A stretch of 64,000 nucleotides of DNA, taken from the NCBI GenBank assembly GCA_963667175.2, contig CAXXXF010000004.1:320001-384000 (forward strand), written 5' to 3'. The notes beneath the pieces were generated by a model. The model was given only the letters and a program-made list of their open reading frames with translations, searched no databases and was not told the origin of the DNA. A program made the translations under genes and the position numbers. Within the stretch, counting starts at the first letter, position 1. Every line of letters starts with the position of its first letter. Source of the stretch: Candidatus Latescibacterota bacterium. Its GTDB lineage: Bacteria; Latescibacterota; UBA2968; GCA-2709665. Shown piece by piece: positions 9,659-19,019 of the stretch.

Positions 9659-12600
9659 CTACTGCGCGAGGATGAAACTGGCCTTCTTCTGTGCCAACTC
9701 GCCACTCTGCATATCGATGACGGTGACGTTCAGATTGTATTTGCCCGCGGGGCGGTTTTCCAGCTCGAGTTCCACGTATTCGACTTCCATGTTATCCTCG
9801 CCCACCATCTCGTACGTCACTTCCAGCTCTTCACGCTTGCCCTTCTTCCACCTTATAAGGCTGGTGATGATACCCAGGGGGCTGAAGCCGCCCTTCTTCG
9901 TGACGGTGTAGGATACCTGGTAGTTCGTCTGCCCGAAATCGTCCTTCGTCAGGTTATAGATTTCGTAGTAGACGAATACATTCTGTCCTACCCTGTAGGT
10001 CCGCGTCGGCATCGGAATGACCCACAGTGTGCCCTTGTTGAATTTATCCTCCTCCTTGCGGCTGGATATCCGCCACGCCAGTTCCAGGTCGCTCACCTGG
10101 AGACTGTGCCGTTCATAGGACTCGATTTCAATGTCCTGACGATACCGCCCGTGCTGAACGGACAGATTGTCCTTTATCTTCACTTCCATCCTGTAACGCC
10201 CGGGGGGCACGTCCAACCGCGCGAGGTCCGGCACGAACGCGCTGCGTTCCGCGGTCACGTCCCCCTTGGCCGCGAATTGTACCTTGTCCTCGCTCCGGTA
10301 GACCGCTCCGGTTGCCGGATTCCGTAGCGCCACGGTCCGGTCGACCATAATTTCCGTCCGGTCGTCATCGATCATATAGTGCCCCTGGCGCCGCGGTATC
10401 CCCACGTAGACCTCCAGCGCGGTCCGGAAATCCCTTTCACTCCTGAAGTCAGCCGAGTTGAAATAGAATTCCATCGGTAGCGTGTTTTTCGGCCGCACGA
10501 AGTAGTTCGGATGCGCCGCGGCGGCCATGCGGTAGATATTGCGGGGGCTGTAGCGGGTAAACATGGCCAGCCGGCGGGCGGGAATCCCGGCATCCAGCGG
10601 TTCAGGCGCATAGTTGTAGTTTCCGTTGCTGAACTCGTCGGTGAAGGTAATCTCGATGCCGCTGCCCACGTCGACGTACGTCCACGTTTCCCACGGGACC
10701 ATCGAGCCGTCGTAGGTCGCCGTGACCGGTCTGTAGGACCCCCCCGGACCCCTGCCGCCCAGGCTGCGCACGGGGTAGACCGGACCGACGAACGTTGAGC
10801 TGGCGCCGCGAAGGCCGATTCCACGGCGCGGCGGGCGCGCAGCCCCGTAGAGCGTCCTGGAAAGACGTTCCTTGACCCGCTGAACCGCCATGGATTGCTG
10901 GAAGTTCAACTCTTTGGAGGTGGAGCGGTGATCGGGTTCGCCGAAGCGGATGTAGACCTCGCCGCGCTGGTCCCAGGGCTCCCTGCCTTCGGAGAAATTC
11001 TGCATGGCGAACGACACCCGCCGATAATGCTCCAGGAGGCGCTCGTTGGCGGCCGTGGTCAGGTCCGGGTCCTGGTCCGCCCAGAACTTCCTCACAAAGT
11101 CCCATTGTTCTTCCGGCGGTGTCTGTTCGAAGGCCGCCAGCGTCTCCTTGGGCGCAACCAGCCGGATATCGTGGTAGTGCCCCTTCTCGGCCGCATCGGC
11201 CCCTTCGAGAAAGTCTCTGAAGAAGGCGGCGGCCCTGTCGTACGCCTCCAGCTTCATGCAGGCCTGGGCGAGGATTGGCAAGACCTGGTCGTCGTCCGGA
11301 TTCTGTACGGCGTAATCCTCCAGGACTTCCAGGATGCGGCCGTAGTCCTTCGTTCTCAGGTAAATCGATCCCAGCCGCTTGCGCCCCTCCGGGTCGCCGG
11401 GCCGCAAGCCCATATACTTCGCATAGTAGAGCGCGGCTTTCTCGTAGTTTTTCTCGAATTCCTCCACCCATTTCCCCATCAGAAGATAGGCGGGCGCGTA
11501 GCGGGGGTCAATTGCCAGTACTTTTTTGACTTCCCGCCGTACGTCGTGTTCGTCCAGTTTGTACCGGATATCGGCAATATTGAACCTTGCTTCCACGTGG
11601 CGCCGGTCGTACTGGAGGGCTTTCTGGAAATAGCGGATGGCGTCGTAATTTCCCCTGGGCCACTTGCGGAAGGTGAGACCCAGGCCGAAGTAGGCCTCGG
11701 CCAGCGTGTGGTCGCATTCGATCGCGCGTTCGAATGACTTGACGGCGCGCTCCAGCCTCTCCGCCTCCAGATAGGCGAACCCGAGCCTGCTGTGCCCGCG
11801 GGCGTAATCCTGAGCCACGCCGGCCAGGATTTCAAGGGTGGAGATCGCCCGCAGCGGCTCATGCGGGGTGAGTTCAGTGCCGAGGTAGAGGAGGGAGTCG
11901 ATCTGCGCCTTGCCCACGCGCCGGTCGACGGTGCGATATCCCGCGCTGCTGCGGACGGCTTCAACCAGGGTACCGTCGTGGAAGAAACTGGTGACAACGG
12001 CTTCGCCGTCCTCGGCTTCCGGGCGGTATCCGTGCGTGTAGCTGATCCGGCGGCCTTTTTCAGGGTCTATCGCCGAGCGAAACAGGGTCTTCAGAACGGT
12101 CGAGTCCGCCGGTGTGAGCGTATGGGTTTCAATCCAGTCCCTGAGCGTCGCCAGGTCGGTCGGCCGCTGGTTTTCGTGGGCATTCTCGTATGCATGGAGG
12201 GCGTCGCCAATGACGGTCAGATGGTCCCGGCAGACCCAGCGGGCGCCGGGCGTTGCTGCGGCTTGCGGCGCCATCGCGGCCAGCGCCCCCGCGTAGGACA
12301 GGACCGGCTCTTCGTAGAGCCCGTACTCTTCAAATCTGAGAGGCAGGGCCGCCCACGCCCGGGAGGCTTTCCGGTAACGCTTTACCGCCGATCGGAATTC
12401 CCAGCGGTGCACGGTGGTGTAGGCCAGGGCCGAGGCGTTGAATGCCGTCGCAACGCCCCACAGCACGGCCTTGGCGGCCGAACTCGGGCGCGGCGCGTTT
12501 CGGGTCGCCACGACCGGCGGCGTTACCGGTTCCGCCTCGAAGTCCGTCTTCGAACGCGCGATCGATCCGTCCAGAACGGAGATCTCCCAGACACCCGATT

Positions 12601-12964
12601 CGACCAGCGGCAAGGACCTGTTCGGGAGCATGGTAAGCGTATGCAGGGGGACCTTTAAGGCAGTCTCCTGAAAGCGAAGACGTTCCCCGTACGCAACCCA
12701 CGCCAGTCGCCCTGGCTGGCCGGGAAAGGTGCCGAGGTGGCGAGGCTGGCTTCCACGGGTTTCGACCCATATTTCGGTTATGGCGGAGGAACCGGTTTCC
12801 AGCCCGATCGCCCACGCGGTATGCCCCCCGCTGGAGACCGATATCGCGGTTTGACGAACTTCCGCATCGAGGCCCCGGGAGGGGAAGAATGCGAACACGG
12901 CCGCGGTCGAAAACAGGATCAACGCCTGGCGTCTCGCACGCACGGATTGGCTACGCGGTCTCAT
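9659..12964 (-). CDS. Exported TPR + GWxTD-domain protein (PWDxRG subtype)
   Basis: ORF 9659..13069; likely start MRPRSQ at 12964 (GAGG RBS). NERLLEHYRRV...PWDQRGEVYIRFGEPD; paralog of 5661..9392. Confidence 0.85.
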   Translation of the reverse strand: MRPRSQSVRARRQALILFSTAAVFAFFPSRGLDAEVRQTAISVSSGGHTAWAIGLETGSSAITEIWVETRGSQPRHLGTFPGQPGRLAWVAYGERLRFQETALKVPLHTLTMLPNRSLPLVESGVWEISVLDGSIARSKTDFEAEPVTPPVVATRNAPRPSSAAKAVLWGVATAFNASALAYTTVHRWEFRSAVKRYRKASRAWAALPLRFEEYGLYEEPVLSYAGALAAMAPQAAATPGARWVCRDHLTVIGDALHAYENAHENQRPTDLATLRDWIETHTLTPADSTVLKTLFRSAIDPEKGRRISYTHGYRPEAEDGEAVVTSFFHDGTLVEAVRSSAGYRTVDRRVGKAQIDSLLYLGTELTPHEPLRAISTLEILAGVAQDYARGHSRLGFAYLEAERLERAVKSFERAIECDHTLAEAYFGLGLTFRKWPRGNYDAIRYFQKALQYDRRHVEARFNIADIRYKLDEHDVRREVKKVLAIDPRYAPAYLLMGKWVEEFEKNYEKAALYYAKYMGLRPGDPEGRKRLGSIYLRTKDYGRILEVLEDYAVQNPDDDQVLPILAQACMKLEAYDRAAAFFRDFLEGADAAEKGHYHDIRLVAPKETLAAFEQTPPEEQWDFVRKFWADQDPDLTTAANERLLEHYRRVSFAMQNFSEGREPWDQRGEVYIRFGEPDHRSTSKELNFQQSMAVQRVKERLSRTLYGAARPPRRGIGLRGASSTFVGPVYPVRSLGGRGPGGSYRPVTATYDGSMVPWETWTYVDVGSGIEITFTDEFSNGNYNYAPEPLDAGIPARRLAMFTRYSPRNIYRMAAAAHPNYFVRPKNTLPMEFYFNSADFRSERDFRTALEVYVGIPRRQGHYMIDDDRTEIMVDRTVALRNPATGAVYRSEDKVQFAAKGDVTAERSAFVPDLARLDVPPGRYRMEVKIKDNLSVQHGRYRQDIEIESYERHSLQVSDLELAWRISSRKEEDKFNKGTLWVIPMPTRTYRVGQNVFVYYEIYNLTKDDFGQTNYQVSYTVTKKGGFSPLGIITSLIRWKKGKREELEVTYEMVGEDNMEVEYVELELENRPAGKYNLNVTVIDMQSGELAQKKASFILAQ

Positions 12965-13097
12965 GGCCTGAACCTCACCTGGATCGAACAGTCGTGTTGC
13001 CGCTGTTCCGCTTCTTCGCCGTACCCCGTTCCGATTCAGCATGTTATGCGATTTTTCACAGCGGAGCAAGCATTTCCCGAAACGTGATCTTCCAGAA

Positions 13098-13230
13098 TGT
13101 CATTCTGAGCGCTACGAAGAATCTCCCGTCGTCTCTCTTGTCCGTAACGCAACAACGCGCTAAGCACATTTGCGCGGACACATCAATGGCATGACGCGAT
13201 GCGGGCAGACAGGAATGTCTGCCTGCCTCC
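13098..13230. repeat. Composite REP-like repeat cluster
   Basis: TGTCATTCTGAGCG...GAAG..TCTCCCGTC and GCGGACACATC...CATGACGCGATGCGGGCAGACAGGAATGTC recur at 23572-23768 and 46294-46330. Confidence 0.7.
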
Positions 13231-13232
13231 CG

Positions 13233-14322
13233 TTACGGCTTGTAGACCAGCACTTCATCCGTCGAAACCAGATCCTTCAGGCCGCCGGAAAACATGACCC
13301 GGCCGTCGCTGAGCGGCGTAACGGTATACAGGATGCGATTCTGACCAATGCTGTGTCCCGTACGTAAGGCAGTACCTGTGGCCGGATCATAAATCGCCGC
13401 GTCTCTGCCGGACAGGATAAACACCTTGCCTGTTGGCAAAAGAAACGCGGCATCGACGGACGGCAGTCCCGTGTCGCCTGCCGGCGCGAACGTCTCCGTC
13501 GCGGGGTCGAAAAATTCGGCCGACGTCACATACTGCACGTCCTCCGAAACGACGTCGTCCCTGCGCCCGCCAATAATCAACACCCGTCCGTCCTGCAGCA
13601 GCATCGCTTTGTGCCGCCATCGCTCGTTATTCAAATCGCCGGCACGTGTAAAGTCACCGGTCGAAGGATCGAAGATTTCACAGATCCTGACCATTTCGGC
13701 GCCATTCGTTCCACCTGCGATCAAAACACGCCCGTCTGACAGCAGGGTCGCCGTGTGGGCGCTACGGGAAGCGATCATCCTCTTGATCGACGAAAACACT
13801 CCCGTGTCCTGGTTGAAAATGGCCGCGTTGCCCTGTCCGTCCGATATGAAGACATCACCATTGAGGAGGAGCGTCAGGTTGTTGCCGGGTCCGAACGACG
13901 GAATGGATGATGCGGCCGTGAATTTCCCTGTTCCCGGATCGAATAATTCGACCGGATGATTGCCCAAACCCATAATCGCGACCCGACCGTCCTGCAACAG
14001 GATTGCCGTGTCCTGCGTGCGGGCCTGCGACATCGTTCCCGTTGTCGACGATTTTCCACTTTCAAGATCGAACAGTTCCGCGCTGTCGTGGTTCATATTC
14101 GCCTGCGAATGGCCTGGTCGATCCGTTTCGGTACCCCCCGGCGATGAGCACCCGGCCGTTCTTCAATTGCACCGCAACGTGCCAGAACCGCGATATGGTC
14201 ATCCTCCCAACGACTTCAAACCCTCCGGGATCGCCCTGAGGATCCGAGGGCGTCGGCGAATCGGCGCCACAAGCGAGGAGACATAGGAAAACCGCCAGTA
14301 CAATCGGAAATCTCCTGGACAT
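13233..14322 (-). pseudogene. Kelch-repeat lipoprotein, frameshifted as sequenced
   Basis: Start MSRRFP with lipobox CLLAC. Removing one G from the G6 run (14134-14139) gives AGGTETDRPGHSQANMNHDSAELFD, matching the paralog's GGSRTDRPYHSSRAFRHATAELFD. Confidence 0.8.
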
Positions 14323-14335
14323 CGCATTCCCCTTC

Positions 14336-14427
14336 TCACTCAATCACGCGGAACAACACACCGCGCGACACCACCTCATCGCTATGCACATCTCTAATCC
14401 GCACCGACAGGCGATGCACACCGGCAG
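14336..14427 (-). pseudogene. Orphan C-terminal remnant of a GWxTD gene
   Basis: Translates as AGVHRLSVRIRDVHSDEVVSRGVLFRVIE*, nearly the C-terminus of 42065..44488. Confidence 0.8.
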
Positions 14428-14535
14428 CGATGGGCCGACCAATTGGGATCCCATCCGGTGACCTCGCCAGATGCCGCGGCGACACGCTGAATGGAGCAGG
14501 CTGTTCCGTTGCGTTAAAATGCCAGATTCAATGGT

Positions 14536-16980
14536 CTATCGAATCGCAAACGATACCGCCGACGTTGCTTTGCTGCCTGCGATCTCATCCGATACGTTGA
14601 CGATCAACAACTGGCGCCCCGGGTCCGTATTCGACATATTCAGTTCCAGGTAACCGTGCTCGTCGGCTTTGTCTCCCTCGTGCGCGTATTCCACGCTCAC
14701 AACCTCCGCTTTCCTGTCAATGCCGACCAACCTTCCGACCGCCTTCAATGTTCTGACCGCAATATTTCCCCTATTGAGCGAATGCAGGTCGTACGATACG
14801 CGATACTTTGTCCGGCCGAATTCATCCTTTTCCAGGTTATATACCTCATAATAGACGAACACGGGCTGCACAGACAGATAGAAGAGGCTCGGATTGGGCA
14901 CGACTTCGATCTTTCCTTTTGCAAATTTACTTCCGCGGCTGGGGCGGATCAGCGCCGCCATTTCGATATCGCTCAACCTGAGTGAATCGTCGCCGAATGC
15001 GGATAGAATCACCTCCCGGTTATAAACCTGGGATTTGTCCGACGACGCGTCAAGAATCTGGACCGACAGCCGGTAGGTACCCGGCGCCACCGAAAGCCGG
15101 TCCATCTCCGGTACAAATGCGAGTTGCGTGGTGTCCACCGTTCCCGACGCGTATAACTCCATATCCTCACTCGACCGATACACCGGCACGTTGTCCTCGT
15201 CGTACAGCACCAGGCCTCGTTTCAGGTAAGCCGTGTGCCTCCCATCCGATGCCGCCGAATAGCTCAGGTCTCGCGTTGGAATGCCGAAATAGACCTCCAG
15301 CGCGGGTCCTCCCTTGCCCTTGAACCTTGCCACGTCGAAAAAGAAGTCCAGCGGCGCCGTAGCGAAATCCTGCTCGTACACCTCCGGCGTCTTGCGCGCC
15401 ACGCGATGCATCACGATACCGGGATTCATCCGTTGCCAGATCAGATTCGACCTGGTCGCGGTATCGACCGAAGGATTGAGGTTTATGGTTGTTGGTTCGT
15501 CGGTCAACAACGCGGTACCGGGATTTCGCCCCGTGATCTCGTCCACCCAGACCAGAGCGCCGGCATGCGGCATTTCTGCGTACTTGTAAGGACCCGGCGT
15601 GTACTCCTGTGCGAACGTGACTTCAACGCCGCCCCCGACTCTCGTGTAGATCCAATATTCCCAGACCCCTCGAACCGGGTAGACCGGATAACCCAGAATA
15701 GTGGATAAAGTCTCCTGGTCATCCATGCCTCTCTCAGTGCCTCCGTCCATATCCCTGTAAAAGGTGACCATGCGCCGACTCAGAAGGAGGTGCGCCAGGG
15801 CTTCCCCGGCCTGGTTCATCAGCCGGTCCTTCACCGCCAGAACCCCGGGATCGGTCTCAAAGCGGATGTTCTCGGATGAGCTGATATGGGCAGGTCTGCC
15901 GTAACGCACGTACACCTCCCCACGCACGTCCCAGGGATACTTGTGCTCGCCGAAATGCTCCCGCGCATACGCGACTCGGCGACAGTGCTCGATCCATCGC
16001 TCGTTGGCCGGCGTTACCGGCGCAGGGTCGCGTCCGGCCCAGAACGCTTCCGATAGCGCCTTTCGATCCCCTTCAGACGCGGCCTCGAAACGCGCGAGTT
16101 CGTCGCCGATCGCCACCAGACTCAAGTCGTAATACACCGCCTGTTCTTCCGGCGTCAGCCCCTCGACGTAGGCGTCCAGCGGCGCGTCCGCAAGGTCGTG
16201 GTCTCTGGCGGTCTGATGCACCTCCGCCATTTCCAGCAGCGCCCGCCGTTGATAGGCATTCGGCGTAACCGCAACCGGCTTCAGCTGGGTCAGCGCCTCG
16301 TCCGTCCGCCCGGACTCCTTCAATGTCCGGCCGAGATACGTCCGCGCGCCGAAGTGTTGGGGATTCACCTCAAGCTGCCGCCGGTACGCCGCTTCCGCCT
16401 TCTGAGCGTTCCGATACCTGCCCGCCTCGCCATACGTATGGATCCGCCCGATCTGAAACCATGCATCCGGATGCCGGGGATCCACTTTCACCAACTTCTG
16501 ATAGGTATCCAGTTCCTTGGTATCGCCAATCGTCCGGTAAACCTGTGCGAGGTTGACGTAGGCCTCGATATATCCGCGGTCCGCCTGGTACGCGCTCCGG
16601 AAATACCTGATCGCCCAATCCAGCATCCTGTCCGTATTCCGGAATACCAGGCCCAGTCCGTTCAGCGCCGGCGCGTAGTTCTTCCGCTTTCGGAGCGCCT
16701 GGCGAAACGCTTTCTCCGCCGCCTTCAGGTCGCCTCTCTTAAGGTGCACGTGGCCCAGCCCCACGTAAGAGGGGAGATGGTCTTTGTTCAGCGTGATTGC
16801 GCGCTCAAATCGAGCAGCCTCGGCGGCCAGTGAATCCCGTTCTGCAAGTTCGATGACCTTTTTATAGAGGGAGTCAATTCTGCCGGCATTTTCTTTCGAC
16901 AAAGCATGCACAGGCGCTTTGGGCGCACACGGGACGATAGCGATTGCGACAGCGGGCAGCCACAACATAACTGATTTCAT
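14536..16980 (-). CDS. Exported TPR + GWxTD-domain protein (PWDxRG subtype, no propeller segment)
   Basis: ORF 14536..17115; likely start MKSVMLW at 16980. TPRs; FWAGRDP.P.T..NER..EH.RRVAYA...PWDVRGEVYVRYGRP. Confidence 0.85.
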   Translation of the reverse strand: MKSVMLWLPAVAIAIVPCAPKAPVHALSKENAGRIDSLYKKVIELAERDSLAAEAARFERAITLNKDHLPSYVGLGHVHLKRGDLKAAEKAFRQALRKRKNYAPALNGLGLVFRNTDRMLDWAIRYFRSAYQADRGYIEAYVNLAQVYRTIGDTKELDTYQKLVKVDPRHPDAWFQIGRIHTYGEAGRYRNAQKAEAAYRRQLEVNPQHFGARTYLGRTLKESGRTDEALTQLKPVAVTPNAYQRRALLEMAEVHQTARDHDLADAPLDAYVEGLTPEEQAVYYDLSLVAIGDELARFEAASEGDRKALSEAFWAGRDPAPVTPANERWIEHCRRVAYAREHFGEHKYPWDVRGEVYVRYGRPAHISSSENIRFETDPGVLAVKDRLMNQAGEALAHLLLSRRMVTFYRDMDGGTERGMDDQETLSTILGYPVYPVRGVWEYWIYTRVGGGVEVTFAQEYTPGPYKYAEMPHAGALVWVDEITGRNPGTALLTDEPTTINLNPSVDTATRSNLIWQRMNPGIVMHRVARKTPEVYEQDFATAPLDFFFDVARFKGKGGPALEVYFGIPTRDLSYSAASDGRHTAYLKRGLVLYDEDNVPVYRSSEDMELYASGTVDTTQLAFVPEMDRLSVAPGTYRLSVQILDASSDKSQVYNREVILSAFGDDSLRLSDIEMAALIRPSRGSKFAKGKIEVVPNPSLFYLSVQPVFVYYEVYNLEKDEFGRTKYRVSYDLHSLNRGNIAVRTLKAVGRLVGIDRKAEVVSVEYAHEGDKADEHGYLELNMSNTDPGRQLLIVNVSDEIAGSKATSAVSFAIR

Positions 16981-17080
16981 GCAGAGGCCCTTCTGAGCGA
17001 AGGAGAACGCGAGACGCAGCATCGCGGATAAGAGTGGAAGACCTGGGTCAATGAACGCACACGGGCTCTTCATTCGCCAA

Positions 17081-17189
17081 CCCGTCCTTCCCAAAAGACA
17101 CGGGCCAGGCGCCATGGGTTCAAAAAAAGCCCGGACACCCTGTCTTCCGGACTCGTTTCGCGCCTGGGCGATGAACTCTGGGTAACCGG
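17081..17189 (-). promoter_or_regulatory. Conserved block-start element, copy 1: intrinsic terminator followed by an ECF-sigma-like promoter
   Basis: Minus strand GAGTCCGGA-loop-TCCGGGC-T7, then GAACCC-N17-TCT. Four copies, each upstream of a GWxTD gene. Confidence 0.6.
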
Positions 17190-17239
17190 GGGTTATGTCA
17201 CGTCGTTGCGCAACATCGTTCCTGCTCCCTGGCGAGCGT

Positions 17240-17327
17240 GCAGCAAACTGACAGTTCGCTCTACCAGATCAAGCGTACTCATCACTGAATCGCGCTCCGT
17301 TGCATCGTAGGGACACCCCTTGTGGGC
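17240..17327. repeat. ~90-bp dispersed repeat (second copy 46431-46519)
   Basis: GCAGCAAACT.ACAGTT.GCTCTACCAGATCAAGCG.ACTCATCAC.GAATCG...GTAGGG....CCCTTGTGGGC at both sites. Confidence 0.75.
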
Positions 17328-17382
17328 CTGCCTGCCAAAGCGTCACTGGCAGGCGCAGGCAGGCCCCACCCTAACAACGGCA

Positions 17383-18915
17383 TCACACCGGATCGGACGC
17401 GGCATTTCCATAATGCGCCTGCAAAGCCCGTTCCATAGCTTCAATTTCCTCATCCGCAAGACGGCCAAAATGGCTGGCTCGTTTTCGTGCGGAGAGGCGG
17501 CCGCTGTTCTGAATACAGAAGCGAACGAAGAGATCGATCTGTCGATCCGGCATATCGACGATGTTCTGTATCGCTTGTTTGGTCGCATCGAAGTTTTGCA
17601 GAAAGGAAAGTTCGCTGGAAAGTTCGGTATCGATCGTCCGACCGATAAATCGAAAAAGCGCCTCCGCCTGGGGGGTCAGGTCGATGTAACGGTACCAGAC
17701 AGCCGTCTCGTTGTGCACAGCCAGCCTTCCGTGCTGGTCGATCGTATATTCCACCAGCGGCATGAGATTCCGTGAGAACGCGCTTAGTGAAGCGTCATAG
17801 TCGGCTGGATTCTTCAACATGAACGCTGAAATGGGAAACATGACGCTTTCGGGAGTAAAGCCTCGACGCGCAAGAATATTGTGGATCAAAAACCGGTGGA
17901 TTCGACCGTTGCCATCCTCGAAGGGGTGAAGAAAGACGAACCCGTAGGCGATGGCGGCAGCCTGAATCACGGGCGAAACGTGACCGGATTCCATGCGGCT
18001 GTGCGCGGTCATCAGGCCTTCCATCAGGTGGGCCAGATCGTCGGGCTTCGGGGCCACAAAGTGGACATGCTCGCGCTGCCAGGCCACGCTTTGACCGACG
18101 TAATTCTGCGTGATTCGATAGTCGTTGTCGCGGAACCGGGCGTCGACGATGCGGTTCTGCAACTCGACCAGCCGTGGTTTTCGACAAAAATCCTCCTGCT
18201 CAGCCAATTGGAGCAGGGCCACGAAGCGTTCGGTTCGCGTGGAGGTCGGGTTGATTCGCTCGATTTCAAATGAGGATTTCGTTTCCTTTGTATACAGATA
18301 ACTCAATGCGCGCTTCAACAATTCAGGCGAGTAGCGAGAGACCACTTGCCGGCATCTTCTGTGCAACCGGTCCATTTCCACGTTGCGAAGGGTGTCGGTA
18401 CGACGAATTGTCGGACAGAATCGCGGTTCACCCGGCAGGTTGTCATTGATCCGTTGACGGCGGACCGGCCGACCCGGCTTCACTGTAAAATAGGCATCCG
18501 GATTGAGGAGGTGGATGTAGTTTCCACGCTTCAGGTCAACCAGCGGGAGTGTCCTTCCGGTCAGGAATTCATACAGAAACCACAATCGTCTGGCATACTT
18601 GCCGGTCGGTTTGGAGCGGAAGTATTCGAGAAGCTTGTCCTCTGGAATTGCCTCGAACAACGCGGCGAGAATCGCGAGATTTGTGCCGTCGTATTTGAGA
18701 GCGAATCTCAGATGGTCGACCGGTGCGTTTCCGGGCCAGTAACGGGGTGGATAGACTTCCGTTACGGCGTCTCCATGGTAATCGATCCTGCGGGTTCCGC
18801 TTGTGGCCACGAGGGACGTGTGCCAATTCGGAATGACGTCAAGATCGTACTGCTCTATCAGAGCGGCATACCCCGCCAGTCTGTGTTTTACTTGAATTCG
18901 ATCTTGTTCAGCCAT
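17383..18915 (-). CDS. fic: Fic/DOC family protein (putative AMPylase)
   Basis: Canonical Fic motif HPFEDGNGRIHR. Likely start MAEQD at 18915 (ORF to 18969). Confidence 0.9.
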   Translation of the reverse strand: MAEQDRIQVKHRLAGYAALIEQYDLDVIPNWHTSLVATSGTRRIDYHGDAVTEVYPPRYWPGNAPVDHLRFALKYDGTNLAILAALFEAIPEDKLLEYFRSKPTGKYARRLWFLYEFLTGRTLPLVDLKRGNYIHLLNPDAYFTVKPGRPVRRQRINDNLPGEPRFCPTIRRTDTLRNVEMDRLHRRCRQVVSRYSPELLKRALSYLYTKETKSSFEIERINPTSTRTERFVALLQLAEQEDFCRKPRLVELQNRIVDARFRDNDYRITQNYVGQSVAWQREHVHFVAPKPDDLAHLMEGLMTAHSRMESGHVSPVIQAAAIAYGFVFLHPFEDGNGRIHRFLIHNILARRGFTPESVMFPISAFMLKNPADYDASLSAFSRNLMPLVEYTIDQHGRLAVHNETAVWYRYIDLTPQAEALFRFIGRTIDTELSSELSFLQNFDATKQAIQNIVDMPDRQIDLFVRFCIQNSGRLSARKRASHFGRLADEEIEAMERALQAHYGNAASDPV

Positions 18916-19019
18916 TGTGCATCCTGGGAAAAGAGTTATCGCCTGAGAATTATAGTTATATTTTGACAAAATTCAAGAAAAACAGTTATGTCCCTTTGAT
19001 TCAAAAAAACCAGAACTCA

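Noticed and set aside
17081-17189. Sigma-54 promoter or integron attC site in the block-start element
   Set aside because: The TGGC is not followed by GC at the -12 spacing. No attC R/L boxes or integrase are seen, and the blocks are far larger than typical cassettes.
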